This document shows positions 12,572 through 27,745 of a DNA stretch of 64,000 bases, piece after piece (positions within the stretch are counted from its first letter, which is position 1; each line of letters starts with the position of its first letter). The notes under the pieces were generated by a model, which had not been told where the DNA came from, did no database searches, and was given only the letters and a program-made list of their open reading frames with translations. The stretch spans positions 44,330,001 through 44,394,000 of the forward strand of contig OZ024756.1 of NCBI GenBank assembly GCA_964016885.1. Reading direction: 5' to 3'. Position numbers and translations under genes: made by a program. This DNA comes from Eledone cirrhosa. Its lineage: Eukaryota.

Positions 12572-15037
12572 TATATATATATATATATACATCACTCGTA
12601 TTTTAGTTTATTCAGTTAGGATAATTTTGACGCTACAATGGAGAACATGAAAAAAGCTCATAGAATATTAAAAAGTGTGGGTGTGGGTGTGTACGCGTGC
12701 GCGCGCGCGCGATGAAATACTATTTCTATGCATCATAAAACAACTAACTTAAACATATACGTCTGTTTTTATCCTAGATACATTTTAGTTTGCACATGAA
12801 ACAAATTTCCTACGCGGTTAGCAAACAGTAAGCTGCTTGTTGAAACCAGAAGGTTTCCGCTAACAATTACATTTACGAAATGAACTCTGCGTGTGTGGGA
12901 AACTGGAACGCGAAGAACTTCAAGTATGTGCAGAGTCGAACAAAGCAATTTGTTTAAGAAACTGGGAAGCCATGTGCAACAAATAACATTTACATGAACA
13001 GAGGAAAACTGAAAATTTTCATAAACTATAATGTAACAGAATGATAAAATGTTTTGTGAGAAAAAACAAACAAACAGATATTGCCATATATCTCTGCGAG
13101 GATAATTCTTGGAAGAGAAATATTTCCACGAAAATAGAAAACGTATATCTGAGATAAACATAAAAATAATTTGTAATAAATTCTGCAAAAATTACAAGAA
13201 CATGCTTGGCCTTGTGTATCCGTGTCTCCCCGTTAGAGAATGTAAGATTGACTGATTTTTACTTTTAGCCAACCGAAGTTGTGTCAGCTAACGTTAAGAA
13301 GCACAATAGTTGAATAGAATCAAAGTTGGTTCGATCAACATATATGATGACTACTCTTACACCAAATTAAGAACTTGCTACTGGTGTCTATATAAGATTG
13401 GTTTATAATGATGTTAAAATATGCTAACCTGATATACAGTGAAAAAGTAGCTGTTTAGAGTGTTGGTTTGGGGATGAATAAAGGGAAGTTTGTTTTAAAC
13501 GAGTAAAACTAGTGGTGTGATGTAAACAGCTTCCTTGTCAATTATAGATAATTACAAATACTATTACAGATACACGTGCGCACACAATCACAAAGAAATA
13601 CATACACACACAAACTAACAGACACACGCACACATACTCACGGAAAGACGCGAACGCGGACACACGGAGACGCATATGCACCCATGCTCGCGGACATACA
13701 AACTCGCATATGCACCCATGCCCGCTCGATTTCGATTTTTTCCCTGAAAACGGAAACCACAACCCAAAACCTAAACATAACCCTACCCCTAAAAGAAAGG
13801 TCAATTGCGAGCATCTTTGCGGTTTGATTAGTTAATAGCGGAGAAAAATCGAAGGTCGGTGGTCTTTTATAATAATACCAAAAAATCAAACAACATATCT
13901 TTAATGTGTCGTAGATATATGTGATTAGTTAAAGCAAATATCGTCGTTATATTTAGAAAACTAACGTAGTAGGGAAAACAATATAAAATAATGGGCAAAT
14001 ATCTCAGGAATACTGAACTTGTCAACTTAATAGACATAGAATAATATAGTTACAGAGCTATCAAAATAATATAATTCTATGAAGTTACCTGTGGGAGGGT
14101 GTAATAAAATTGTGAGAACAGCTTCCTTGAGCTAATAAATCTGAGGTATTTGATTCAGTTCTGAAGTCCTTCCCAACTATTTATTAATGGTGTTATCTAA
14201 TAAAAAAAAAAAAAAGGCTTATTATAGATTTTAATAGTCAGATCTCCTGATATTAGCAAGCAGGGAATGTAAATTAATGTGAAATATAAGATATCATATT
14301 TTAGTTCGAACTCATACACAAAAATGGTATGTGAAAGACACTTATTAGTGGTATTAAAATCATTAACATTTTAATTAAATAAGAGGCCTATACACACACA
14401 CACACACACAATATATATATATATGGTCAAGTTATATAGTGAGGGGGAGGTGGGGGTAAGATGACTTCCAAATTTTAATCTATGCCATAGTAATTTACAT
14501 TCCCTTGTTGCAAATATCAAGTGATTTATCTATTGGAATACATGATCAGCCCTCTTCTTTTATAAGACTTACAATAGATAATTTATTATGAGAGAAGTTT
14601 CACAACTGAATTGTAGATACTTAAGTCTTATTAACTCAAATATGTTGTTACTGTCATGATTATATTACAGAGCCCCATAGGTAATATTTATCCATTTATA
14701 CTATTCTAGTATCTCTGCGTCTATATTATTTCATCCCGATTAAAATGACAAGTATAGTGTGACCTTTATATTTGTTCCAGACTTTATATTGGTCTCTCTG
14801 CTACATTAGCTTTCCAAATATACGTACAATGATTATTTTCCCTATATCCACACAACACATTAAAAATATTTCTATTGATTTTTAACCCACGTCATCCAAA
14901 TACTCGACGGCTTTTCGTATCCGCTTCAAATATTAATCATCTGTTTATTGTATTCACTGAGAACTTGAAACGTTATTAAAAAAATTAACAAAGATATTTT
15001 TTATCACCAGATCTCTTTATCATATTTTACATCCGTA

Positions 15038-15200
15038 GAGCTGAAATGCTGGAACTTGAGTAGCCGATTCCTTTTCGTGCTCCTCGTCATTGAGACCTCT
15101 GGTGTCCTCCACATAATTAGGAGTTGTGCATCCCGGCCGAGGAAGGGGCCTCGTGAGGTGGAATGGCTAATGCAACGGGTGTCTGCGACCATGATTTCGC
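15038..15200 (+). pseudogene. CRE-like (REL endonuclease) non-LTR retrotransposon 3' remnant
   Basis: Hand translation ELKCWNLSSRFLFVLLVIETSGVL...REVEWLMQRVSATM resembles the KY..L...F.P..vETsG...fl.QR.S C-terminal signature. Not in the ORF track. Confidence 0.55.
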
Positions 15201-16356
15201 CATTTTGTCTGTAGGGTGCAGCTAAGATATACCTCCTAGAGAAAGGTGTAAAACCTTCCACCCACTCTTCTGTTTCCTGTACTTTCGCAATTTAATTTTT
15301 TTCTTCATTCCTTTTCTTTTGACAAGATCAAAATTTAGCGAAGGAGAGAATTGAACTGGAACATTTAAAAGACAATAATTACAGCAAGGTATTTGCTTCG
15401 AAATTTTTCCGTTCTTTTTGCTTCCCTTATTTCGCTAGAATATAGTGGATGTTTGTTGTTGTTCTTCGTCCTTTCGTCATTCTTACACCCACGCCCCTTC
15501 CCCCACTATACCCCGTTGCTTTCTTCTTCCGCTCAGCTTCACTATTCAATCGTAAGAGGCTTTTCAATCTTCAATTTACCTTTTTAATTTAATACCCGTT
15601 TCTTGATCATCTTCTTCACATTTATTTTACAAGAAAACAAGAAAAAAGAAAGAAAAGAAAGAAAAGAAAGAAAAGAAAGAAAAGAAAGAAAAGAAAGAAA
15701 AGAAAGAAAAAAAAATGGGAAAAGCAATCATGCAAGTTTCCACAAACACACACCCACGTACATATATACACATATATACACCCACGGGCATATACACACA
15801 TATGTACACCCACATGCATATACACACATATGTACACCCACGTACATATACACACACATATACACACAGAACAACAGGTCAATGCAAACCTAAAGAAATA
15901 ACACACAAAACAACAACAACATAAACATAAACGATAAAATCAGATCAATTTGAAAACAAATATAGAAAATGAAAGGAAAAAGAGAAAAGAGATAAGCGGT
16001 AAGATGTTAAAAGCTGCAAAATAAAGAGTAAAATAAACCCTCCACAATGTAAACATCACATTTAGTTTTAAGCGATGATGCAACAAAAAGCTTCTTTCGC
16101 ATCTGGAATTTCGTTTGCTGGTATAATTATGTTTTAATATAATTTGTTTATTTGTGTGTTTGTATGTTTGTATGTTTGTGTGTTTGTATCTCTAATGGCG
16201 AATCGTAGCAAATAGGAATTGGCTTTGAATTGACAAAACAAAGATCAATGACATAAATTACTGACAAACTTATTTCAAAAATGATAATGAAAGTCACCAA
16301 CAAGATGCTTCAATTGGATAATCAGAGGAGCAATCTGGAAAGTGTATTCTCCTGTG

Positions 16357-16410
<54 letters not shown>

Positions 16411-16504
16411 ACAAGTACACACAAGTATGTATATATATATAAATATACACATACACAGCTGAAACTATTCACGATGACCAGTTCTAAAGAGGATTTAATA
16501 CATT

Positions 16505-16555
<51 letters not shown>

Positions 16556-18294
16556 TATATATAACGCATTCTTACAATTATATGCATGCGCGTACGTGCA
16601 CGTGTTGGTGCCTACACAACAAAGGTGTCGGAGTAACGAGACTATATCTCTAAGGAAAATACTTTATAACATAACATTGTTAACATCTGCTTCTGGCTCT
16701 TTTCCTTCCGTCTTATCTGCCATTCTTTCTATTCATTTTAACTCTTTTATTCCTCTTTCGTTTTCTTCGTCTTGTTCCCATTGTTGTTGTTGCTCTTCTT
16801 CATCTCCTTTCTCTTCCCCTTCTTTCTTCTTCTTCATTGTCTTCTTTTTCTTCTTCTTCTTGATTTTATTTTTATTTGAACGTTCTTTGTTTTATATATT
16901 TTGCTTCTCATTATTTATTTTGTTTATTTGTCTTTCTGTCCGAATAAATGTGTTATAAAGATGTATCTCATTTGCATATCATCTATATTCCATTACCTAT
17001 TATTACCGAACAGAACTAAAACAGCTAAGCGCACTAATGATTCCAAATGCAAATTCTCTCCCACCCCATCATCACTGCAGGCAACAAATGCATCTTTATA
17101 CAACCATCCATACTTTATCTAAAAGATCTCTGCATCATACACTTCTTCAATCATTCTACGCCGTGTTTCCTACTCACCATTTTAACTCGTGTTAACACAA
17201 GAAAATCTCCATCACACTATCATTTCACACCTTCTTCAAACCAGCCAGTATTTATTCTCACTGTATTATTCAATGTCATTATCACGACTTCACCCGTATT
17301 TTCTATCGCCCTCATCCAGTTTTTCTATTTCTACATATTAGTCCCTTTCATGGTATTTTTATCTATTGTGGTATTGGAAGTTAAAATTGATTATTCGGGT
17401 ATGTTTATGTTTATTTTTATACGAATATGCTTTGTTTGTTTTTGCCCTCTGTTATGGGTATTCGGGAATATGTCTCAAGTGAGCAACATCGAGGTCAGCT
17501 TCGCCTTGCTTTATATTATATTATCAATACAACTACTTGCGGTTCGCTTCAACCTATTATTCTATTTCGCTTACAAATGACAATGGCCTTGTGTTATATA
17601 TTCAGAAATAGTTATTGTTGTCATAGTCAGGAACAATAACAACAACACCATCATTGTCATCGTCGTCATCTTTATCAGAGAAATGCCAGGAAACACGAAA
17701 ATGTCATTAACGCACTACGAAGCCTCCACGGGGGAAGAAGATATTGTGTATGAACAGGAAGGCTTCGGAAAGCCTGTAAAGTAAAGGAAGAATGTGAGAC
17801 AATGTGAAAACAGTGATACGATCACGAAAACCAAAGGTTTGGTAAGGTTTATATCAGGGTTTCTCAGCCTGGTGAATATCACCCACGAGTGGGTGATTTC
17901 AAGTATTGGATGGGCGATGAACAACTGGTCAGTAAATGGTGGCCGATTGGATATTTTGGTGAACGATTTAGTATTTTGAGTATTAAGAAGGTATTTAAAC
18001 ATATGTGGTACATGAAAAAATATTCAATTCGACGGAGGTATGCAACGGTATAACACACGGGGGTTAAATGTGAATTTCGAACCAGTAACTTTTGTAATAT
18101 TTATGACATACATGCATGTATGTATGTATCTCGTATGTGTAAGATAACGAGAGGAAAAGATTAGAATATGAGGAACAGTATTACTTTATTAGGTGAGGAC
18201 GTAAGGGACATGTTAGAAAAAATAGTGAGTTTAAACGAGAGACAAGGTGACGTGTGAAAAAGAGATAGAGGGAGAGTAAGATTAAGACAAATAG

Positions 18295-18392
<98 letters not shown>

Positions 18393-19541
18393 GTGAGCTC
18401 AATGGAATTATATTATGTCAAGAAATAGACTAATATACAAGACGAACAATAGTAGGAGCATTAGCTGCAGGCATTCTTGTTTTTCTGCAGAGCTCATATA
18501 AAATGTAGATTGATATAAAGAGAAAAATGCAATGGGAGGTATGAGAAATATGGAGAAATTATCAATTACTGAATACAGTGAATATGTATTTTTACGTGGG
18601 TATGTGTTTCCTACTGCAAACATGTTTGAGAATGTGTGCACTTCTCTGTGTGTGCAAGTGCAATTTTGAAAGGTTGTTGCAACAAATAGTCATAAGGGCT
18701 TGTGTTGATAGAAGCTGTTATTGAAAGACATGAAAGGATAGAAAAGGGGTTTTATGTAGAGAGATAAAATATGATGAATGATAATGTTGCGGTAGGTTTA
18801 TTGTAGAGGCGGTATTATCAGTGTTTAAATCTAGAGTTATATCTAATAAAGATTACTATAGCTAGATCCGTATGAACTACTCTATAAGTATGTTGATCAG
18901 CCTCATTCTGACAGTATCCACTGCATGGGTATTCACATATAGTCTATCATCACGATAAAGACCGAACTCCCCTGAGCTAATACGTTTTCCACTAATACAT
19001 TTTAGCTTTTTTTTTTTCTTTTCTGTCATTTGCTTTATTCAACATTTGGTTTTTAATGCTTTATGCATAAAATATGCCAACACTCACATTGAATAACGTG
19101 GATGTGAATTTCAGAAATATATTTCCCTTTATGTCAACATTTGTATATTCATCCTAGTATATTTCACTATTGATTCTTTTCTCCTACCACTTAGGCAATA
19201 TAGAGCGACGCGATATATCACTGACGTCTAAATAATGCAGAAATATTTCCCGAATCGTCTGACATGCCTACCGGAGCAATTTGAAATATGATATGAATCC
19301 TTAAGTAATAAAGTTATTTCTTCTCACTGCATATTTCATTCAAATTTAGGTTAATACTTCACGTATAAAATATGCCGACATCCTCTTAAGCTGTACAAAG
19401 CAGAGATAACCTGATAGGCCAACAGTCCGAGTGATATGATCGCAGCGAAATAGCCATAACTATAGATTGTTGAAAATAGAGTTATGTTGATAGAGAGAGA
19501 AAATGTGAGAGAAAGAGCATTTATATGAACGTAAATATATG

Positions 19542-19630
<89 letters not shown>

Positions 19631-19767
19631 ACACATATATATATATATATAAGTAAGTCCCGAGTTGAGTCGGGGGTAACCATGATAAATAAGGTACTCG
19701 ATACATGTGTAGAGTGAAGACAGGACTTTATATATTTGATTTCATACGATTGAAACAGCACTAGTCC

Positions 19768-19895
<128 letters not shown>

Positions 19896-21683
19896 CATAA
19901 ACTTTGAATTAAACATACTGTATTCAGGGCAGCCTCACCGAACGTCGTTTCTATTTTCAGATAATGTGTTGCGTTTGGAAAAGATTAGGCTTTGATTTGA
20001 GGAAATGTGACCGAAAACATACCAGATTTGTCTATAATTTTACTGTCTGTTTGTCAGAAAATTCCTATTAATTTCTAAATTTAGTGCTTTCATATTTTAT
20101 GAAATACATTTTAATTAAAGTTACACCCGTGATAAGAAGAACGAACCATTAACTTAACGATCAACTCTGATCAAGAGAGGCAATCCAAAGACCCTTGAAA
20201 TTATCATTGCCATATATACTCAGGAAATCTGGAAACACACACACATACATATGAATGCACACACACAGATGTATACATATAAATACACACACACGCATAC
20301 ACAGATATATACATATACATACACACACACACAGATATATACATATAAATACACACTCACACACACACAGATATATACATATAAATACACACACACAGAT
20401 ATATACATACACACACACACACACACACACAGATATATACATATAAATACACACAGATATATACATATAAATACACACACACACACAGCTATCTCAATAT
20501 AAATACACACACACACACACAGATATATACATATAAATACACACACATATATATATATACGTTTAAAACGTCATATAAAAGGTTGTACTTACTCACAGAA
20601 CAAAGTATAGAGTTAAAGACATACCCGAGATTGTGAATATGTGTGCAGGATGAGAAAGTATATTTACGGATAATACATCGAAACCTACAAATTCTCTGTG
20701 CAGATAAATATTTTGAGTTTCACCTATATCCATTCGGGTATTTGGGAACGAATTGAACAAGTAGCAATCTAGAAAATGATGTTTACAAGCAATATGTACG
20801 TCAGTATATACATGAATATGTATTTGTGTCGGTGGAGAGGGGAGAATCTAAATTGTATTCTGCAAAATTACACTCTGTAAATGGAACAGTGAAAATAAGC
20901 AAGAGTTTATCGAGGGTAAAAACGAAACTCAACAAGTATACGAATTAAAATCAAATCAATAAGACGTTCTTCTTAACAAGGAGACAACCCTACCTTTATA
21001 AATAGAATACAACGATTGAAAGTATGAATACATACATATACATACACACGAACATACATACATATATACGTACGTAAATACACACACACACGAACATACA
21101 TACATACATATATACATACATACATTCATACATATATATATATACTCACGAACATACATACATACATATATATACACACGAACATACATACATACATGCA
21201 TAAATACGTACAAATACTATTTACTACGTTGAAAAGGCCTCGATGCCCATAAACATGTATATAAAAGTTGTGTCTTAACATTCATCATATGTTTACGCAG
21301 ATGTTTACGAAATTCTAAAGATGGAGTGGTATAAAGTAGACATTAGCCCACAGCATTACAAGAGCATTTTAGAGAGATTCTAAAAAAAAAAATACTAAAT
21401 AAGCAGACATACCAACCTACAACTCATGATCACATACATAGATACATATGTATAAATATGAATGTTTGTATATATATATATATATATATACACATACATA
21501 TACATATATATTTTATATGCATATACTTACAAACATACATATGTATGTATATATGGAAAGTTATATTTAAATTGTTGGGTTACAACTAGTAAATATTTAT
21601 AACTGATATAAAAGCACTCAACAAGTATTTGGAGTATATTTACGATATTAAATAAATGGAAACTATATTTATAAAACCATATT

Positions 21684-21749
21684 TATTTCATTATATATAT
21701 TTTAGGGATATCATATTAACAATATGTTATGCCTTCCTCAGACAAAATA
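21684..21749 (-). ncRNA. Mirror hammerhead with G12A (predicted inactive)
   Basis: Inverted copy of 21903-21968 with GAAA>AAAA. Confidence 0.75.
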
Positions 21750-21902
21750 CAATATAGACAGTTTTATAGATAAATAGATTTGACATACCGTTTAACATCG
21801 ACTTGTATTTGAAAAAGTTGATTTGGCAGATCAACTTTTTCAAATACAAGTCGATGTTGAACGGTATGTCAAATCTATTTATCTATAAAACTGTCTATAT
21901 TG

Positions 21903-21968
21903 TATTTTGTCTGAGGAAGGCATAACATATTGTTAATATGATATCCCTGAAATATATATAATGAAATA
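21903..21968 (+). ncRNA. Type I hammerhead ribozyme, canonical core
   Basis: UAUUUUGU CUGAGGA AGG..CAUAUU GUU AAUAUG..CCU GAAA UAUAUA UA AUGAAAUA; 8-bp stem I, palindromic stem III. Confidence 0.88.
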
Positions 21969-22079
21969 AATATGGTTTTATAAATATAGTTTCCATTTAT
22001 TTAATATCGTATGTATATATATATATACATATACACATACATATACATATATATTTTATATGCATATACTTACAAACAT

Positions 22080-22226
22080 ACATATGTATGTATATATATA
22101 GTATATGTATATATATATAGTATATGTATATATATATATAGTATATGTATATACATATATAGTATATGTATATATATATAGTATATGTATATATATATAT
22201 ATATATATAGTATATATATATATATA

Positions 22227-22266
<40 letters not shown>

Positions 22267-22280
22267 TATATATATATATA

Positions 22281-22351
<71 letters not shown>

Positions 22352-22451
22352 TATATATATATATATATAGTATATATATATATATATAGTATATATATAT
22401 ATATGTAGTATATATATATATATATATATAGTATATGTATATATATATATA

Positions 22452-22511
<60 letters not shown>

Positions 22512-22527
22512 TATGTATATATATATA

Positions 22528-22573
<46 letters not shown>

Positions 22574-22608
22574 TATATATATATATATAGTATATGTATA
22601 TATATATA

Positions 22609-22652
<44 letters not shown>

Positions 22653-22727
22653 TATGTATATATATATAGTATATATATATATATATGTATATATATATAG
22701 TATATATATATATATATATATATATAG

Positions 22728-22808
<81 letters not shown>

Positions 22809-22875
22809 GTATATGTATATATATATATATATATAGTATATGTATATATATATATATATAGTATATGTATATATA
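22080..22875. repeat. Compound (TA)n-derived minisatellite, TAG TATATG (TA)n; resumes at 26165-26316 and 27443-27794
   Basis: Direct reading; explains the poly-YI ORFs. Confidence 0.9.
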
Positions 22876-25800
22876 TGTCCTGGGTATGACATTAAACTAC
22901 ATCCAGTGGCAAGGCTCCAGTTTGGGGGTTCAGGAGATGTGGGGAATGTGGAGTTACCCCTTAGTTGTCATGACTCCCAGGTCTGCCCTGGCCCGGGGTG
23001 GTAGTACCTGTTAGGGCTCCATTTATGGGTTAAATAACTACCTTATTCGAATGGCGCCGGTAAGGTATTGTCAGCCATTGAAAAGAAATATGGAGAGTCG
23101 ATCTAACAGCACTAGGGTTAGAGCCCCTAATTACACTGTCAAGGAGCAGCCTGGTCATTATGACTCTGCTGGCTTAGAGCCACAGAGAGGGCCAGTGGAT
23201 GATGGATCAGCTGTCTCTGAGACAAATATAAAGAATGCAGTTTTGTCCTGCAGAAGAGCCATCAAAATGGGCACTTTGAATGTGAGGACTATTCGAACGC
23301 TGGAGAAGAGAGAGGAGTTGGGACATCTGTTCGAGGAGAGTGGTATACAGATACTTGCGATCCAAGAACACAGGATTCTACACGATGAGCCCGTGAGGAG
23401 TGTGATGATCGGGAGGAAGAGCCAGCTCATCACTACATCGGCAGTGAAGAACACAACAAATGCTGCAGTAGGAGGAGTGGGTTTTGTGTTCAGTGCAAAA
23501 ACCAATCTGTTGGTGAGGGAAATAATGCCTATCTCCCCGCGAGTGTTGAGGGTGACTTTCAATGGAAACCCAAGACTGACAGTCATCTCAGCCTATAGTC
23601 CAACCGAGGGGGACAGTGATATGAATGCCGAGGAGTTCCATGAGGAGGTGTGTAGAGCTGTCAACACCACTCAGGCACACAATATCCTGCTTGTTTTGGG
23701 GGACTTCAATGCACATCTGAGTAAGGAGGGCAGTGAAGATCCTTGCTGGTACTTCCATAACAACACCAACCGAAATGGAAGACTACTGAGAGACACCCTG
23801 CTGGAGGCGAACTTGAACGCGACCAACCTAAGGTTTAGGAAGAATCTGGGGAAGATGTGGACCTACATCTCAGATATGCACCTGTCCAAGTCCCAGATTG
23901 ATTTCATTCTGGTGAGGAAAAAGTGGCGGAATAGTGTTCTAAACACGGAACCATACAGCTATTTCAGTACACTGGGTAGTGACCACCGGCTTGTTATGAG
24001 TGAGGTCCGCGTGAGCTTAAGAAAGAGCAAGGCTCAGCCCCGGAGAACAATCTATGACTGGGGAGCTTTCAAGGAAGATAAGCTACAGGAGAGGTTCACA
24101 GTGGAAGTGAGAAACAGGTTTAGTGCTCTGTGTGGAGAGTCAGAGGAGAGAGAGATTGGATGGACTGAGGAGAGTGTGACGAGGAGGTACGGGCACTTCA
24201 CCAATGCAGTGGCGAAAGCAAGTGAAACCCTGGTGCCGAGGAAAAAGAACAAAGGGAAGCACGTCAGCTCTGCAAACCCAAAAGTGTGTGCAGCCAGAGA
24301 ACACCTGAAAGCTGCCAGGGACCAATTCTATGCTGATCCTACGGAGGAGAGGATGGAGACTGTGCAGGTGATGAGGGAAGAGCTCTGTACCGCTTACACT
24401 GAGGTCAGAGAGGAGGCACTGATAGAGAAGATCAGAAGTGTGGAGAGAGCGGTTGACAGATCTGGATGTAAGGAGAGCTGGAGGATCATCAACGAGATCA
24501 CAGGGAGGAAGAAAAGGTGTTCGAGTCAGATCCAGGGAACGGGGCCCGAGGATAGGAAGAGGAAATGGCTAGACCATTTTAGGACCCTACTAGGAGAGCC
24601 ACCCTCCACAGCCTAGAGCACTGGGGAGATCAGGCGGCTGTTTGAGGAACTGGATGTTGAGACAGAGCCCTTCACCAGAGAGGAGCTTCAGAGAGCCAAG
24701 AAGAAGATCAAGGAGGGCAAGGCTCGTGGAGAAGATGGAGTGGCATCAGAGGTGATGAAGAGGTGTGATTTTGATATCATCCTGGGGTTCTGTAACGGGG
24801 CACTGGAGAAAGGAGTTGCCCCGAATCAGTGGAGGATCAGTAACATCGTCCCAGTGCCAAAGAAGGGAGATCTCTCTAACACCAACAACTACCGGGGGAT
24901 CTCACTGACGTCACTTGTGGCAAAGACCCTCAACAGGATGATTCTTAACAGGATCCAGCCTGAGATGGAGAAGAAGCTCAGGGACAACCAGAACGGCTTC
25001 AGAGAGGGTAGATCAACCACCAGTCACATCCTGATGCTGAGGAGGATATTAGAGGGAGCTAGAGCAAAGTGCCTTCCTGCGGTCATGGTTTTCATTGACT
25101 TTAGGAAGGCCTTTGATTCTGTGGACCGTTACTGCCTGATGAAGATCTTACAGGCTTATGGAATCCCCAAGAGGATAGTGGACCTGATATCACTGCTCTA
25201 CACCAACACCAAAGCCCAAGTGATTACACCTGATGGGATGACAGAGTTCTTTGAGATACTGGCTGGAGTGCTCCAGGGAGATACATTGGCTCCCTACCTT
25301 TTTATCATCGTAGTGGACTATTGTATGCGCCTTGCACTGGAGAAACACCAGGACTCTGGCTTTACTGTAGCACCGGCTCAGAGCAGGAGAGTTGGGGCGA
25401 AAAAGGTATCGGATGCTGAATTTGCCGACGACATAGTTTTGGTGACAAATACAGTGAAGGAGGCAGAGGATTTGATGCGGGAGGTTGAGACTGTGTCGAT
25501 GAGTGTGGGGCTGAGAATGAATGAGACTAAAACAAAATATCTGGTAGAGAATGTTGAGAAGCCAGAGGGGATCACTAATGTAGGCGGGAAGCCGCTGGAA
25601 TTGGTTGAGGACTTCCTGTATTTGGGAGCAAAGATTGGGAATACGGAAGATGATGTGGTTGAGAGGAAGAGCAAGGCCTGGGCGGCGTGTCACAGCTTGA
25701 GATCGGTGTGGAAGTCGGACCTTCGTAGAGACCTGAAAATCCGCCTCTTCATGTGCTGCTGTATGGGTCTGAGACTTGGACACTGACCAAGAGACTCACT

Positions 25801-26165
25801 CAGATGGTGGATGGGTGCTACACGAGAATGCTGAGGATGGCTCTGAACATTAATCAGTATACACTGAAGATGAAAAACTCAGAGCTGTATGGGAGCATCC
25901 CAAAAGTCAGCTCAAAAGTGACACAGAGGAGACTGAGGTTGGCTGGACATGCTGACCGACATCCAGAGTTGACATTGCACTCAGTGCTCCTTTGGGAGCC
26001 CCTACATGGACACACTAGAAGAGGAAGACCAAGGTTAACGTATGTTGATGCCCTAAGGACAGACACTGGTCTGTTGGAGATGCAGGATATGGCAGCGATA
26101 ATGAGGGACAGAGACCGCTGGAGAGAACTCGTCCATGGATCTCGGGAATTTTACCCGCCTTAGAT
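22876..26165 (+). mobile_element. Near full-length RTE-clade LINE inserted in a (TA)n-derived array
   Basis: About 175-bp 5' UTR, single APE-RT ORF, very short 3' end running into microsatellite. Confidence 0.93.
23051..26163 (+). pseudogene. RTE ORF (APE endonuclease and reverse transcriptase), disrupted
   Basis: APE motifs GTLNVRT, IQEH, GDFNAH, QIDFIL, SDHRLV; RT motifs NYRGISL, FIDFRKAFDSV, GVLQGDTLAPYLF, FADD; RTE C-terminus LLYGSETW and RRLRLAGH. In-frame TAG at 24614-24616 and a frameshifting deletion near 25750. Confidence 0.93.
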
Positions 26166-26218
26166 ATGTATATATATAGTATATGTATATATATATAGTA
26201 TATGTATATATGTATATA

Positions 26219-26319
<101 letters not shown>

Positions 26320-26665
26320 TTGTAGAAAATGTTACTAGAGAGGCATTTCCCGGATAGGGAGCAATCAACCCGATTCCTACAATTAGAGTTAGTACTAACT
26401 ACAGGGTTGCACGTGTTCTTAAGGCTAGGTAGTTTAGCTAAATCTGAAGCTGTGATGTTATGTGCAAAGTTAGGAGTCGTAGAGTAAGAAATTTTAATAG
26501 TATTTCTATTAAAAATTTTACTATATTTATGTGTAGGGGGAAAATGCTTCGTAATAAGGGAAAGAAAGATCTTAGCTAATGGTGTGGCCACCTCCCTAAT
26601 ATATGGTGGGTTATACCAACAAATGCGTCACATGCGTCACTTTCAGCTTATATCTGGAGTCTTTT

Positions 26666-27183
26666 ATTGTAGGAATCGGGTTGATTGCCCCCTATCCGGA
26701 AAATGCCTCTCTAGTAACATTTTCTACAAATGTAAGGTTGTAACACCCACGTCCCGTAGGGCCTACATAGGGTTAACCGTCAGTAGTTTCAAGCAGCATC
26801 TTTACATGCATACCCACCCTTTTAGTTACCCTCTAAGAAGGAATATGACGTCACTTTCAGCTTATATCTGGAGTCTAAAAGACAACCACACCCAATATAA
26901 GTTACACTGGGAGATCCTAGCTAGGGCTAGATCGTATAACGGAAATAAAAGACCATGTAACCTCTGCGCCGCTGAGGCCCTGGAAATACTCTACGCCACA
27001 GACCACATCTTAAACAAAAAATCTGAGGCAATTTCGGCTTGTAAACATAAATTGCACAAAACTTTCCTGTATTACAGCCCCACGTTATACCCTAACGGAT
27101 ATTACGATCTATACGTGGATATTTTACGTCTTGATGTGGGAGCTAAGTATATGTTTTGTTTATACTATTACTTATTTGCATAG
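26666..27183 (+). pseudogene. GIY-YIG endonuclease domain of a Penelope-like element
   Basis: CRNRVDCPLSGKC zinc finger, NIFYKC...AYIGLT, CNLCAAE, LNKKSE..CKH. Confidence 0.88.
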
Positions 27184-27264
27184 CGAACGTTTCCACGAAC
27201 CAAAGTATCGTCTTCCTGTCTTCCTCCGGTTGCAACGTTTTTTGAAATATCCACTTCTGCGTTT

Positions 27265-27340
27265 ACAGATTGACTTTGTTAGTTTCAGAAGATCCTGTTA
27301 AGGGTGAAAGCAGCGATTCTTTGCTTAAACTTTAATCTGT
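27265..27340 (+). ncRNA. Hammerhead ribozyme, family B
   Basis: CAGAAGA U CCU GUUAA GGG U GAAA GCAG..UUGC UU AAACU; sense to the GIY-YIG ORF. Confidence 0.8.
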
Positions 27341-27714
27341 TATTTTAATAAATATTTGCTCTACGGTTCTTATATATTTGATATATATTTATCCTTATCG
27401 AGCCCTCTTTGGATTTTAGTCTTCAAATGTATTATTATTACTATAGTATATGTATATATATATATATAGTATATGTATATATATATATAGTATATGTATA
27501 TATATATATATATAGCATATGTATATATATATATAGTATATATATATATATAGTATATGTATATATATATATATAGTATATGTATACATATATATATAGT
27601 ATATGTATATATATATATATAGTATATGTATATATATATAGTATATGTATATATATATATATAGTATATGTATATATATATATATAGTATATGTATATAT
27701 ATATATAGTATATG

Positions 27715-27745
<31 letters not shown>

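Larger units (their letters stand above)
21555..22011. mobile_element. Penelope-like pLTR fold-back insertion with a long target duplication
   Basis: Palindrome 21641-22011 (185-bp arms, centre 21826), an HHR in each arm, flanking duplicate at about 21467-21554 / 22012-22099. Confidence 0.8.

Noticed and set aside
13740-13830. aaccct-like repeats as telomeric or Helitron signal
   Set aside because: Too short and degenerate to support a call.
16503-17580. Long hydrophobic ORFs that look like membrane proteins
   Set aside because: They arise from T-rich low-complexity sequence; no family motif or splice structure recognised.
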